64,000 nt of DNA, taken from NCBI GenBank assembly GCA_951406725.2, contig OX597817.1, positions 110,050,001 through 110,114,000 on the forward strand. Reading direction: 5' to 3'. The DNA comes from Octopus vulgaris. Taxonomy: Eukaryota. The stretch's first letter is position 1. Every line of letters begins with the position of its first letter. Both the position numbers and the translations under genes were made by a program. The notes under the pieces were generated by a model. It was not told where the DNA came from and ran no database searches. It was given only the letters and a program-made list of their open reading frames with translations. Positions 38,401-53,087 of this stretch are shown here, in pieces.

Positions 38401-41400
38401 GACTAGCCCATAAGACTTTCTTAATAAAAAGAATATCCATTTTCTATTCATGCTGAAATTAATAGCTCATAGTGAACATTATCTTACACATAAAATTGTA
38501 TGTTTGTCAAATGCAAGAAAGAAAACTATAAATAATTTTAAATTTTAATCAATAAGAAATTTCATTTCTTTTATTGAATTTCTATTTTAGTTTCAGTTGC
38601 AATTTCTGTCCAACTCTCTCTCATTTTTTTTATCCGTTATCTTAGGTTGTTGCTTTTTTTTTTAGTTTAGTTGCTTGTATATTTAAAAAAAATTAAAATA
38701 AAATAAAACTCATAAAAATATACTGGGAGGGTAAAGAAAAATGCTGTTTGAATTCATATGAAATTAAGGCTTGGAACTAAGAATTCTAAATGAAACTGTT
38801 AACTTCAAGCTGCCAATCCTGTCTTAGTTAACAGAAAATGCAGGAGAGACCAAATGGCTTTGAAGTTTGTTTTACAATAAGATCCTTGATCAGTTCCACT
38901 GCTTAGCATCTTAGACAAGTGTCTTTTAGCATAACCTCAAGTCAACCTAATCATTGTGAGTGAAATTGGGTACATGCAGACTGTTTGAAAGATTTTTGAA
39001 TTGATTGCACCTACTATTCCAGCTTTGTCATATGTTGTCTAACTAATTCTCCCAGAGAGTTACTTTAAGGATACATATATTTGTGGAATATTCATCCAAC
39101 TGTATGTTATGTCAATAAGTAGGCCAGTTAAGGTAGCGAGTTGGTAGAATTGTTAGCATGCTGGGCAAAACACTTAGTGGCATTTCATTCATCTTTACGT
39201 TCTGAGTTCAAATTCCACCAAGGTCAACTTTGCCTTTTGTCCTTTCAGAGTCGATAAATAAGTACCAGTTGAGCTCTGGGGTCGATGTAATCGACTTAGC
39301 AACTTCCTTGAAATTGCTGGCCTTGTGCCAAAATTTGAAACTAATAAGTAGGCCAGCTATTCCATAGCTTAAATAATTGGAACAATCTTCATTGAAATTG
39401 ACCGAGATCCATTGTTTTTTAGCTTTTACTTGTTTTAGTCACTGGACTATGAAGGATTTTAGTTGAATAAATCAACCCCAGTACGTTTTTAAGCTTAGTA
39501 ATTATTCTGTTGGTCTCTTTTGCCAAACCACTATGTTATGAGGATACAAACAAACCAATACCAGTTGTGAAGCAGTGGTGGGACAAAAATTCACAAAGAT
39601 ACACACATACACATGTGCATTTCTCTCTCTCTCTCAAATTGTGGTTGCCCTTGCATACAGGAATGTCCCCTGTATTCCTCTTCAGCTGAGCATTCCTAAT
39701 CTTGTGGGCTCATGGGTGCTGGTGCCATGTAAAAGTGCCCATGCCAGTGCTGTGTAAAAGCACCCAGTACACACTGGAAAGTGGTTGGCATTAGGAAGTG
39801 CATCCAGTCATAGAAACCATGCCAAAACAGACATGGAGCCCAGACAGCTCTTCAGCTGGTCAGTTCCTAACAAACCATCCAATCCATGCCAGCATGAAAA
39901 ATAGACATAAAATGATAATGGTGATGATATATCTGTGTGTGTGTATATATGTATATATCACATGAACACATGACTGACCAGGCTATCAGATGTTGTTACA
40001 CATCGCTGGTCACAATGCGTTTTGCATTGTTTTAGCCTTCAAATGAACCACCCCACTGGCTAGGCGAGCAGGCCAATATATTATATATATATATAAGTTT
40101 CAATCTACCAAACCCACTGACAAGGCTTTGGTTGGTCTAGGACTATTGTATTAGACACCTGCCAAAGGTGCACCACATAGTGAGATTGAACCTGGAATCA
40201 TGTGGCTGGGAAGCAAACTTCTTACCACATAGCCATGTCTCCACCCACTTAATAGTTTTCACCCACTTTACTCCCTATCACCAATACCTCAGAAACACAC
40301 ATATCCACACGCTCCAATAATACCCACCCAAACTGATATCCCCCCACTCCCAATGACTATATGTTGACTGATTCCACAAGACATGAATAAGTGAATGAAA
40401 GGATGAATCACTGGTGTAATTAATCACCGCTGCCATCAACTTAATCCGTATAATCACTGGTTATATCATCCAAGCACAACCACTACCACCACCACCACCA
40501 TCACAACCATTTTTGTAATCATCTTTATCATCAGTGGTAACTTTAGAAATAAAAAGTGTCAAAACAACAACTGCAACAAAAAAACCAATACTTCCCACCA
40601 CCAGTAGCACTACCACCACCTCCACCATCACCACTATCAACAACAACAACAGCAACAACATGAGCATACAAAATATGTCAGTGGTTGAGATTATTTGTAA
40701 ATCAGCCAAACTGTTAATTTAACAGTGAAATCTCCTTTCAAATTCTCATCCTCAGCCCTTTTTATTTATTTTATTTATATTTTTTATTCTTATTTATTAT
40801 TTTATAGATTTATTTTCACTATGTCCTGGGGCTGCTTGTTCTATATCTTGAAAATCAGTTCAAATCAAATAGGCTATCAATACCAGCTAATAAGAAAATC
40901 AGAATAAATAAACAGATAAATGAATAAATAAATAAATAAACCAGTGAAGTTCCAGTCATGAGTTTCTGGTTATTAGGTTCAATTTCTAAAGGTCCATTCC
41001 ATGGGCAACATTCCTGATTTGTGAGTCACGGCAGACAAGAAGTATTTCAATATAGGGTTCTAGGTCACAAAACTGTTTGCAGTCTGCAGTGATTCTGATC
41101 AACAATAGCAATCATAGCCATTATCACCATTATATTCAGCAGCATCACAATACATTTCATCCTCATTGTCATCATCATCATCACCTTCATTGTCATCAAT
41201 ATCTTCTACAAATCTATCAATAAATTCACAATCTCTTCTTTACATTGACCATTAATATTATGGGCCCTTCTAGCTAATAAAAAATAATTATTATCATTAT
41301 TATTATTATTATTTGCTACCATTATCTTCTTCCTCATCATCTTTACTCCCATTACCCCTATTTATTGCCTAGGTAACATCATGTTTCCATCATTCCACAG

Positions 41401-42004
41401 AACATTATCCTTATCTTGTTGTGTAAAAAGTCTCCAAGATACGTTACTTTACTTTGATGTAATTACACTGAATAACATTAATCACATTTAGTTGGAGATT
41501 AAATATTAGACTTTATTATTGCAATTATTATTGTAACATTACTTCCTTCCCCACTTCTGTTTTTATGTTTTTGTCCTGCTGTCCCCTATTCATTACTCTT
41601 GTGACAATGAAATACATTATTACTGTAATTATCATGTTTCCAACAGTCCGATATGAGTTTCTGCTGCACCACCCAGTGCACTTTCTGTTGTGTGTGTGTG
41701 AGGTGTGTGCAATATTGTACGATGTGGGCCAAAAGTCATGCACCAAAACATTTTGCTAGGCAGCAAGCCGACAGAATTGTTAGCATACTAAATAAAATGC
41801 TTAGCAGCTTTCATCTCTCCCTATGTTCTAAGTTCAAATTCTGCCAAGGTCAACTTTGCCTTTCATCCTTTTCGGGTCAATAAAATAAGTACCAGTTGAA
41901 CACTAGGGTTGATATTGACTTCCCTTCTCACCAAATTTCTGGCCTTGTGCCAAAATTTGAAACCATTATCATTATTATTATTATCATTATTCATTTTTCA
42001 TTGT

Positions 42005-42330
42005 GAAGGCACGTGGATTAGTGGTTAGGGTATTCGGCTTACAGTCGTAAGGTCATGAGTTCAATTCCTGATGATGCATTGTGACTTTGAGTAAGACACT
42101 TTATTTCACATTGCTCTAGTCCGCTCACCTAGCAAAAACGAGTAGTACCTGTATTTCAAAGGGCCAGTCTTGTCACACTCTGTGTCATGCTGGATCTCCC
42201 TGAGAACTATGTTAAAGGTACATGTGTTTGTGGAGTGCTCAGCCATTAACACATTAATTTCATGAGCAAGCTTTTCCATTGATCAGATCAACTGGAACCC
42301 TCGTCATCTTAACCAAAAGAGTGCCAGTTA
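42005..42330 (+). mobile_element. tRNA-derived SINE, family C
   Basis: gcacgtggattagtggttagggt..gagttcaattcc..gagtaagacactttatttcac. Related heads at about 6990-7150(+), 42525-42820(-), 45963-46205(+) and 52400-52680(+). Confidence 0.75.
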
Positions 42331-43523
42331 TTATTCATTTTGTTCATCATGTACAAGTACATGTGAATTCATCATTATTTTATTTATTTTATTCAATTAT
42401 AGAAAAATGAATGCATGTCTTTGACAATTCCAGAGCATATTGAACTTATTTTGTTTTGGCCCACCCTATATTTTGGAGAATGAAGATTGATTTTGCTTAA
42501 ATTGTTTCTTTTATTTATCTATGCGCCCTTTTCAAGCCTAGCCAGGCTCATGGGCCCGGTTTCTGTGGCGTATGTGTTCCCCCCAGCTGGACGGGACGCC
42601 AGTCCATTGCAGCGTTACCCAAGAAACAGGAAGAAAGAGTGAGAGAAAGTTGGAGCAAAAAGAGTACAACAGGGGTCACCACCACCACCTGCTGGAGTGC
42701 CTCGTGGATCTTTAGGTGTTTTTGCTCAATAAACACGCACAACGCCCAGTCTGGGAATTGAAACCGCGATCCTCCAACTGCAAGACCGCTGCCCTAACCA
42801 CTGGGCCATTGCACCTCCACTAAATTGTTTCTGGTGTTACTTTAATGTTTCATCCGTTTGTTGCATAGGACAATGATGCATAAGTTGGGTCATATAGCTC
42901 AGAAGTGGAGAATTGGGTGGTGATTGTGTCTCATGTGTATTGTGCCATATTGCTGTATGGTAATTGCACAAAGTATGTGTTTTGTGGACTATGTTATATT
43001 GGCTGGTGATTATTTAGACTCTAAATTTTAGAGTATATGCCATTTGTGTTTGTTTTATATATTATTTGGTCGTTATTGTGAAGAGTGTATATTGAAAGGG
43101 TTATGTCATATCTTTGTGTGGTGACTGCACAGAGCTGTGGTCCCCTGCCTTTTTTTTTCTTGTATCACAGACTTAGTTTCATTTTTCCACAGACCAGGTG
43201 ATCTTGTACGTAACAAAACACAATAAGGTGCATAATATATAATTAAATTATTATATATGCAATACATAATATTATGTGTACGATACATATATAATGCAAA
43301 AATGCCTTGCAGGCGACCATCTTTTATCGAATCTCTTGTTTCAGTCATTAGACTGGGACTGTGCTGAAACAGCGCCTTGAAGAATTTTAGTCAAACAAAT
43401 CAACCCCAGTACTTATTTTTTAAAGTCTAGTACTTATTTCATTAATCTCTTTTGCCAAATGACGAAGTTATAAAGGCATAAACACATCAACACCAGTTGT
43501 CAAATGGTAGTGGGGGACAGACA

Positions 43524-43564
<41 letters not shown>

Positions 43565-43895
43565 CAGACTTCTTTCAGTTCCCATCTATCAAATCTACTC
43601 ATGAGGCTTTGGTTGGCTTGAGGCTGCAGGAGAAGACACTTGTCCAAGGTGCCATGCAGTGAGACTGATGCTGGAACTACGTAGTTGGGAGGCAAACTCC
43701 TTACCACACAGCTATGCTTTTGCCTTTAGTCAATGAAATAGAAATAAAATTTTAAAATCTAATCTTTCTATGCAGCTCCATGCCAAATGATCCAAGACCC
43801 AGTACACTGGTCCACAACCCAGTTGTTGGAGATCCATGGGGTTGAGCATGTGTTGTGTGGATTATGTTATATTATTGGATGGTGATTGTCTAGAG

Positions 43896-44189
43896 CAGTG
43901 GTAACTAATTTTTGCTTATGGACTCCTTTGATCCCTATTTTACATGGGTGGACCCTCCTAGCCATTCAAAGTTTAAAAAATCCTCTCTTACTCTTTACTC
44001 TTTTACTTGTTTCAGTCATTTGACTGTGGCCATGCTGGAGCACCGCCTTTAGTCGAGCAAATTGACCACAGGACTTATTCTTTGTAAGCCTAGTACTTAT
44101 TCTATCGGTCTCTTTTGCCGAACCGCTAAGTTACAGGGACATAAACACACCAGCATCGGTTGTCAAGTGATGTTGGGGGACAAACATAT

Positions 44190-44222
<33 letters not shown>

Positions 44223-44551
44223 CATATATACGATGGGCTTCTTTCAGTTTCCGTCTACCAAATCCACTCACAAGTCTTTGGTCGGCCCGAGGCTATAGTA
44301 GAAGCCACTTGCCCAAGGTGCCATGCAGTGGGACTAAACCAGGAACCGTGTGGTTAGTAAGCAAGCTACTTACCACACAGCCACTCCTACGCCTATTATA
44401 TTTTTATAATTAGATATTATTAGGAATTGTAGAAAAAAAATGAAAATATTTTGTATATTGTAAAGCTATAACCAGCTTATTGCACATAAATTTTTACAAA
44501 ATTTTATATTGCCCCTTAAGGGTCATGTGGACTCCAGTTGAGAACCCACTG
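43896..44551. mobile_element. hAT (Charlie/Buster-like) MITE with a nested family A SINE
   Basis: CAGTGG...CCACTG termini. Flanks gtctagag / atctagtg fit an nTCTAGnn 8-bp TSD. SINE inserted at about 43985-44395. Confidence 0.7.
43985..44395 (-). mobile_element. Family A SINE, well-preserved copy
   Basis: Full head-to-tail copy with retained CpGs (ggtcggcccgaggctatagtagaa). Confidence 0.9.
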
Positions 44552-44703
44552 ATCTAGTGTATAAGCTGTGAAGATTGTGTTATATTTTTAGATGGTGATT
44601 GTATAGTGTATGTTATGTATGTTTGTTTTATACATTATTATGTGATGATTAGGCAGAGTGTATCTTCAGCAAGTTGAGCAGAAAGTCTACTGTGTGAATT
44701 GTG

Positions 44704-44990
44704 CTACTGAATAGAAAATGTCTTGCATAGGATGTGAACTGTGGCAAACAGAGCCTTTTTCTTTCTTTCTGTTTTTTTTTTTTTGGTTTGTTTTTTTGTT
44801 AATACAGTATGTAGAGTAGTGAGCCTTGATATAATTTTTATGTTTTTCTTCAAATTCTTCTTCACCATGCCTAGGGTTCCAATTATTACCGGTGCTGTTC
44901 TCTCACTTTCATACCCCCACTCCATATCCTGCTTATTTCCATTTCAAGATCCTTGTAGTTTGATAGTTCTTCAACTTCCTTCCTCGTAAT
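44704..44990 (-). mobile_element. Decayed 3' end of a second R4/Dong-like LINE
   Basis: PVIIGTLGMVKK...ALFATVHILCKTFSI parallels PVVIGALGMIAK...VLMGTAHILRKILSM of the 28921 ORF. Upstream YKDLEMEISRIW. Confidence 0.7.
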
Positions 44991-46843
44991 GTTTTATTCT
45001 GAAAATTCTTTTTTCTTTGTTTTCATTAAAACATTTACAGCAGTTTCTGCATAATTATTTGCTACTTCTGCTTCTGTTGGCTCCACACCTAATAATACCA
45101 TGTAATTTATTTTATATGCCGTTTTAAAAAAAATTGCTTTTGGGTGTATATTTGATATTCTTGAGAACATAAAACTCCAGTTTTGTACCATGTCACATTT
45201 AGTGCAATATCATTTTCCAATATTTTTGTGACTAATAAGGAAATGTTATTATTACTATAACTACTAATGATTATTAATTACTATTTGTCTTGCTGTTGTT
45301 AATACTACAATTACTATTTTTGATATACCATTACAAATTCCACCTTCTACTGTTATACCATTACAAATTCCACCTACTACTGATACTACTGTGGCTGATA
45401 CTGCTACTGCAGCTACTACTACTACTACTACTACTACTAAGGCCACAAGCTGGCAGAATCGTTAGCATTCTGGACAAAATGCTTAGTGGCATTTCATCTG
45501 CCTTGATGTTTTGAGCTCAAATTCTTTTGAGGTTGACTTTGCCTTTCATCCTTTCAGAATTAATGAAATAAGCGCCAGTTGTATCCTGGCGTCATTGAAA
45601 TCAACTTACCCCATCCCCACAAAATTTCAGTAGTAGTAGTAGTAGCAGCAGTAGTAGCAGTAGTAATAGTAGTAGCAGTAGAAGTTAATGGATCTCCAGT
45701 GGTTTTGACAGACTTCCTATTCGTAAAATTGATATGAAAATCAGCAGGATATTGTGTGGACCTTTGAATTACATGTACAACTAACTTTGTGGGCTTCTGC
45801 ATAGCTTCAAAATTCTTGATTTCACTCACAAGTCTTGGACAGACCTAAAGCTATAATAAAAAAAGACACTGGCCCAAGATGTCACACAGTGAGATTGAAC
45901 CCAGGAACTTGTGATCGCAAAGCTAAATACTTAACCATTTAGCTGCGCTAATACTACTACTGTGGAGGTGTGTGGCTTAGTGGTTAGGGTGTCATCATGA
46001 TCGTAAGATTGTGGTTTTGATTTCTGGACCGGGCAATGCATTGTGTTCTTGAGCAAAACACTTCATTTCACATTGCTTCAGTCTACGCAGCTGGCAAAAA
46101 TGAGTAATGCTGCAATGGACTGGCATCCCATCCAGCTGGGGAACGCATACGCGATGGAAACTAAGAAACCAGGCCCATGAGGCTGGCTAGGCTTTAAAAA
46201 GGGTGCATTTTTTATTTTAATACTACCACTACAACTATTACAACTGCCCCTATTGTTGCTACTATGACCACTATTACTGCTTCTGCTTATTCTGGTTGCT
46301 ACTCTAAGTTAATAAGGGAAGGGAAAGTTTTGCACATACACAAAGCTTCAAAAAACCTTTGTGAAGAAAATAAGGTTAAACCTTAAGACTAAAACAGTAT
46401 TTAATATATAAACTTCATGCATATGAAGTTGTTATCATAAAGATTTGTTATTTTTTCTCAACATAGATGTACTCTTACAGGTTCTTACAGATTTGCGTTT
46501 CACCCCTGCTCAGTGGAGTCAATTGATCTGCTAGTAATAGCACCCAAATATATCTCAAGTTACACTCCACTGTTTAAATATGGAACAGTATATTGAACAA
46601 TGTAATCCATGGTAAAACATAAAGTCAGGATGGTCAGTAGCTAGGATACCTGTGATCATAGGTTTGCATGATCTGGTCTGGCATGAAGTTAAATGGGTTC
46701 TTGCACTGCCACTACTACTACTACTAAACATATTAAATATATCTTCTGTAACCACCACATGTCTTCTATTATTGTTAATATTGCTTCTGTTATTATTATT
46801 GTTTGTCACAATTTCTATACCTACTATTTTCTGTTATCCCCAG

Positions 46844-46958
46844 GAACTGGTTGGAGATGCCCAGAATCAGCGAAACTGGCGTGGAATTGGGATCGCACTT
46901 CTTGTTATCCTCATTGTATGTGCTCTTATTGTGACTGCTATGATTCTTGCGACTCCGT
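46844..46958 (+). CDS. Internal coding exon (TM-encoding, 'exon 2'-like) of a DPP6/DPP10-like dipeptidyl-peptidase-like type II membrane protein
   Basis: Polypyrimidine tract plus CAG acceptor (46841-46843) and GTAAGT donor (46959). The 115 nt translate as [38 protein letters not shown], closely resembling the DPP10/DPP6 segment ELG....QRNWKGIAIALLVIL.VCSLI..SVILLTP. No other exon of the gene was recognised in the window, so orthology (DPP6 vs DPP10 vs an invertebrate co-ortholog) is unresolved. Confidence 0.9.
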
Positions 46959-49333
46959 GTAAGTTTACATATCTTTTTTACAAAATTAATTTTTTTAATA
47001 AACAGTAACATTTATAGAGCACTATAGAAGCTTAAACTCTGAAATGTGTGACTTTGTAGCTTTGAAAACATATTTCTTTTTTTTTTTTTCCCCCCTCACT
47101 GAAAAGATGACCTTACATTTGTATTGTTAAACTTAACGCCACCAGATAAGAAATATTGGTGACCTACAGAATTTATACAAGCAGAAAGGATTGTTGTTGA
47201 TGAGACAAAACAAGGTTGAAACACAGTCCAGCAATTATTTATGGCATGTTTTCTTACGTAGAGCTTTATAGTCCAGATTATTATACTGCATCAAAAATAT
47301 GTTTCTAAATTAATTTTAGGCTTCTGCTTGTCCAAAATATTTTCATAAGTTTGTCCCTAACATCCATGCTTGTTTTCAGACTTTTTGCAAGCCTTTGTTC
47401 TGAGTAACATGAAGCTTTCCTGGGAATGTATTATCATATATAACTCATGGATCCAAGTTCTGTGTATTACATGTGATACACAGGACAGGCAAGGAGTTTA
47501 GATAATGTAACCAAAAATTAGTCTTCATCAAATGTTAAGTTCAGCTTTTGAATTCAGATTATTATAAAACTATATATGTCTGATGCAATTGTGAAGAAAA
47601 GCAAAGAATTCAAATTTATTGATTTACAGAGTTTTGGTACTAATATTTTGTATAAGCTAGAAAGACAGAATTCCTCTAGGAATGTTTATATTTAAGAATA
47701 GATATTTTGATCCATCAGGTTATGAAAATATCCAGACTATTACAATATGGAACAACAGATGTATAACTAATAAACAATTAGTGGAGTTTTCAAACAATAA
47801 AATATTATGAAATTAATAAATAAAGTTATAGCCTTGATTTTAGATATGAGCAATCTAGCTTGGTATATGCATGAAAATGCTACAAGTGAAAAGAAACATT
47901 ATGAGTCATATACAGCAATGAGACAAAGTCTCAGTAAAGTAGATAGTAATTTCTTTACTAAATTCAAAGACAAAAGAGAACTAGATTCCCTAATAGTCTG
48001 TAGACTTCTTGGGTAGTAGATCCACTGTGTTGCACAGTTTAGCAAGACTCCAGTCTGAGGATTACCAATTAGTAGAGTTTTCTGTTTTGTTTTTCTTCCT
48101 CATTCTCCCTCTACCAACCTTGGAATCCTGAAAAGGTCATGAATGCTGCCTTACAACCTCTAAGTCATAAAGAGATCATTTTCCATCCATTTCTGTGGTG
48201 AAATGGTTAAATTCCTGCTGAAAACCACATTGCATTTTTGTTTAGGAATTGATTGAATTATTAACAAATGTGTACAATTTGAAATAATACATAAATAACC
48301 TTTCAATATTATTTGTTCCAGTAGTGCTGGGGCACATTTACTAAATGATCTGAGCTCCTATCTGATAGCTCAAAGTTGAGAGGTCTTCGGTCTATTTTCC
48401 TTAGTCTTCCTATCTCATGCTATAACAAACAAGTTGGCAACAGGCCAAACCAATCATAAAATGATGTCTCCACTGAGAGAGCTTGTTTATATGTCACCTA
48501 ATCTTCTAATACAATTGCCAAATCTTATACAAATCCCTATCAGTAAATTACATATTTATATTCTCATCCATAGGATGCATGCATAATACATGAGTAGAAA
48601 CACTAAGCCAGTTTTGGAAGAGAATAAAATATAATCAGTTGAATAAAAAAATCAGTAAGCTTAGTAGTTTATTTAATGGTTCTCTTCTATCTCAGCTATC
48701 TCTAACTTGACAATACAATATACAACAACATGTTATTTAAAAGATGAGAAAAGGGATCATGAGTATTGTACGAGTCTAGAATGATTAATAAGCTGGTTGT
48801 TAGTTTGTAATTATGATTTTTAGATCCTGACATATTTTATGTAATCTTATATATGGAATATTTATATTCTAGAGTGTTATCTAGCATATGACAGATAACT
48901 TTGGAACTATACCTTTGCCACCATGGGTAATATCAGGAAACATGGCATTCACACAACAATTAAGATTTAACTTTTATCAAATACCTTGGTGATTATACAA
49001 AATGATGTATATTCATTTAAAAAAAATATTACTTTAAAATAAACATGATAAAACTAATTTCTCATTTGTATAACTCCCTTAACTACACTATCATTTACTC
49101 CCTCTTCTTTTCCTTCTCTCTCTTTATGATTCTTTCTCTCTGACTGTGTGTTTATGTAGTATACCTGCCACCTAGCCTAGTATATGCATTCGTCTTACAC
49201 CTCTTATGTTAACTCTCTCTGTATTTCTCTTTTTTTCTTTCTTTCCACATCTCTCTATACAATGTAAAGCATGAGTGGGGAAAAAATCAACCAACCAATC
49301 AGCCAGCATTTAAATAGGCAATTATTAAATAGA

Positions 49334-49384
<51 letters not shown>

Positions 49385-49512
49385 GAGATAAAACCACTAT
49401 TATGCAACTCAAACAGTGATAGACATAAACCAAAACATAAATAACAAATAATATAAATTTTTATAAAACATATAACTAGATCTCAAAAAGTATAAAAATG
49501 AATGATCAATAT

Positions 49513-49925
49513 ATCATCATCATCATCGTTTAGCGTCCGCTTTCCATACTAGCATGGGTTGGACGGGTCAACTGGGGTCTGTGAAGCTGGAAGGCTCCGT
49601 CAGGCCCAGTCAGATCTGGCAGTGTTTCTACGGCTGGATGCCCTTCCTAACGCCAACCACTCCACGAGTGTAGTGGGTGTTTTTTACATGCCACCTGCAC
49701 AGGTGCCAGACAGAGCTGGCGAACGGCCACGAACGGATGGTGCTTTTACGTGTCACCGGCACGGGGCCAGGCGATGCTGGCAACGGACACGAACGGATGG
49801 TGCTTTTACGTGCCACCGACACAGGGCCAGACAGAGCTGGCAACCGGCCACGAACGGACGGTGCTTTTACGTGTCACCGGCACGGGGGCCAGCCGAGGCT
49901 GGCAACGGACGCGAACGGATGGTGC
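49513..49925 (-). mobile_element. Family D repeat (RTE-associated SINE or LINE 3' tail ending in (TGA)n) with an internal about 60-bp tandem expansion
   Basis: (cat)n-cgtttagcgtccgctttccat..ggatgcccttcctaacgccaaccac; unit gaacggatggtgcttttacgtg.caccg about 4 times. Other family D copies at about 10845-11090, 13000-13180, 24560-24762, 26815-27070, 34420-34660, 37100-37330, 39680-39925, 55357-55520, 56750-57082 and 60880-61138. Confidence 0.8.
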
Positions 49926-50880
49926 TCAGTGTGTGATGAAAAATTTCAGAGATCTCAATATTATTGTACAGCAAGTACATGTGTATTAAACAGTACATTT
50001 CTATTATTGCATAGCTTCACTATTGTGAAATAGTATGCATAGAACTATCTAAATATGTACAGCAGACGTATTCTTAAAATGGCCGTATCTTGTGTCATGT
50101 GCACAAAAGTCCATTTTTATGAAGGGCAACTTTCACAATCCAATAAATATAAACAATCCAATGCCTGCCATTCGAAAAATCTCCAATACAGAAATTGTGC
50201 AGAATGGTATTGTAATTAGCCTGTTATATTGTTTAACACACACTTCACTCCAATTCCCCATAAACAAACTCACACACATGCAGACACTTATGGCAGTATA
50301 TGACCAATTGTGAATGTCACAGAGTAGAAGTTAATTTTCTTGAGAAATATGTTTTGTAACCACGTTTCCATACATAGTTGCAGTGATTTCGTTTTTCTTA
50401 GAATTAGTAATACTCTTGGAAAAGGTATAACTATCACTAAACGCCACGTTTATTTCCTTATAAAAGTGATTTCTTGTGAGAAGTTAGGTAAGTAGTGAAA
50501 GGTGATTGCTATATAATTAACACTATGAATGGTAAAAGTTGGTTAGCTGAGTCCATGACCCAGTTTCAATAACCTAATTCACTTCACCAATATCATTAAA
50601 TGTCTTTGTGAAAGTCAGGAATATTTCAACTGCCATTTCCTTTTACCTCTCCAAGTCAATAATGGTAACACCCACCATCCATTGACATATACATGCAATT
50701 ATAAAAAGCCAGACCATTAAACTCTATTTATAACTCTGGTATGAGATAAATATGTAACTGCTTTGATTATAATTGTTGAAAAAAAATTAGACTGTTCTAG
50801 ATTCTGTAAGTTTGGGAGTCAACCACAAGTTCAGGGGTGGCTAAGAACATTTCATAGCAATTCTGAACAGAAAGCAGCAA

Positions 50881-50916
<36 letters not shown>

Positions 50917-51919
50917 TGTGACAGACATCTAAGTTTGAAAAAGTGCCAGATTGTAAGACAAATGAGCCAATGGTACTGCTAAGACCAAAACCTTTTAAAT
51001 GTCAAAGTACTAGTGGTGAATTATAAGGAGTTGTGGTGGAAGTATGTGCATTGTTAAGAAAAATTAGGAATTTTTCATTTTACAAATTCATAGATATGCA
51101 ACTTACGTTAATTTACTTGTTTGGTCTTCAAGATTGTGACAGATGTAGTTTGGATATTTCTTCAATATACATTTTAACATTTGAAACCAAACAGAATTGC
51201 ATCCAAGGCTGAGTTGTTTTCTCTCCCATTACCCCAGTTCTGCCCTGTTGTTTGATTTACTAGAAATGATAACCAAATTTTTATCAAAATTCGTACACTA
51301 CCATTTTAAAAAGATACATTGAACTGTTTAGTCAGAGATATATTATATTTGAAAGGAAAAAATGGGGTGATCAAGACTGGAATACATTTGTTCATAGGTC
51401 TACTCAATCAGAGATGACCTGATGCTAAACAGCAGTACTCTTAGCAACAGTTCCTTATGGACTATCCCAAACATAAAATCAACTTGAATCTTCTGGTTTC
51501 ATTTCAACGAATAGAAGAAATCAGATGAACATGTCACACACTCTTGGTAGCAAAAAAATATTTATGGTACAGTTGTGACAGTTTTTTAAAGCTGTGATGG
51601 ATGAACACCAAAAATCAGAATATAGAATCATAAACTTATTGTATTGAGCAAAACTTATTTGAAAAGAGTAAAAGAATGGAAAGAAGTAACAATAAACCAA
51701 ATAGAGAAAAAAAAACAGCAATGATCGCTGAAAGTATCAGGCTGTCAGATAAAGTCATTCATTTTTTTTTCTTTTTGTTTTCTTACTTGGCACTTCATCA
51801 TCGTATAGGAAAAGAGATAAAATTTATTCAAACTTCAGAGAAGATGTAGAGGTAAAATAGAGCTATGAAAAACCTTGAAACTACAATAAAAATATTTTTT
51901 ATGTTAATTCAAATAACAT

Positions 51920-52180
51920 TGAACAGAATTAAAATAAATCGAAAAACCCAGAAAACACAACTGAATTTGGCTGATAAGCCAATATATGCATAACACACTG
52001 GACAAAATACAAGAAAATAGAAAAGTGAACTGCAAAAGAGCTATACAGAGGAAAGGATGCAGACACATTAGGAGTAGTGTTGGTCAATTTTGGGGAGTGT
52101 AGAATTTTTGAAGGACGCAGAGTTTTCAGATTTAACAGCTGATGAAGGTAGTTTATTCCATGTTTCAACAACCCTGAGCA
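51920..52180 (-). mobile_element. CR1/L2-like LINE 3' end
   Basis: LRVVETWNKLPSSAVKSENSASFK matches the CR1/L2 C-terminal RVV..WN.LP..V....FK motif and is followed by UTR. Confidence 0.65.
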
Positions 52181-53032
52181 AGGCCAGCACTAGGAAGTGC
52201 AAAGTTAAAGATTGATGTGTTATGCTTTGTAGTACACCAGCCCCAGTCATAATGATGTACTAAAAATTCATCATAGCATCCTCTGTTCAAGTGTGTGCAC
52301 AAGGCCCTCTCTTGGCATGGAGCCCAATTTGAACAATTCTGTATAATTGACTTAAAACTGGCTTTTTAGTGTATTTATTTAGTTTATATTGCAATTTTTA
52401 AGGTGCATGGTCTAGTATTTAGGGTGTTACATTCATGATCACTAATCATGGATTTGATTCCTGGACTAAGTGGTACATTGTGTTCTTGAGCAAAACACTT
52501 TATTTCACACTGCTCAGGTCTACTCAGCTGAAAATGGGTAACCCTGCAATGGACTAGTCTTCCAGTCAGGGACAATATTGGCCTGCTCACCTAGCTAGCA
52601 GGGCAGCATCATCCAAAAGCTAAAACAACACAAAGTGCATTGTGACCAGCAATGTATAAAACATCTAATAATCTGGTCAATCACATGATCATATGATATT
52701 GCAATTAGTGAACAATAGTATCACTATTTACAGGTTCCAATGAGTCAATCACTGGCTCATTGCATCTATGATGATGAGACTGACTAAGGCAAATGTTTAC
52801 CTTGGTACAGAACTAATATCAATGAATACCATCATTCAAAAACAACCTTTCTATTTTTACTTAATTATTTAGATTTTCTAGTTGATGTTTACATCCTTCT
52901 GTAATATATATATATATATATATATATTGACAAAAAATATACACTGATATATTCATACATATATACATACACACACATGTGTGTGTGTGTGTGTGTATAT
53001 ATATGTACATATAAATAAAAAATAAAAATAAA

Positions 53033-53087
<55 letters not shown>

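Noticed and set aside
46652-46843. Hydrophobic N-terminal extension of ORF 46652-47008
   Set aside because: It derives from (CTA)n/(TTA)n low-complexity intron sequence upstream of the CAG acceptor. Only 46844-46958 is homologous to DPP6/10.
50402-50487. Possible next DPP exon (ttcttag acceptor and ag|gtaagt donor)
   Set aside because: Joining to the phase-1 end of the previous exon gives an immediate TAA, and there is no similarity to the expected DPP sequence.
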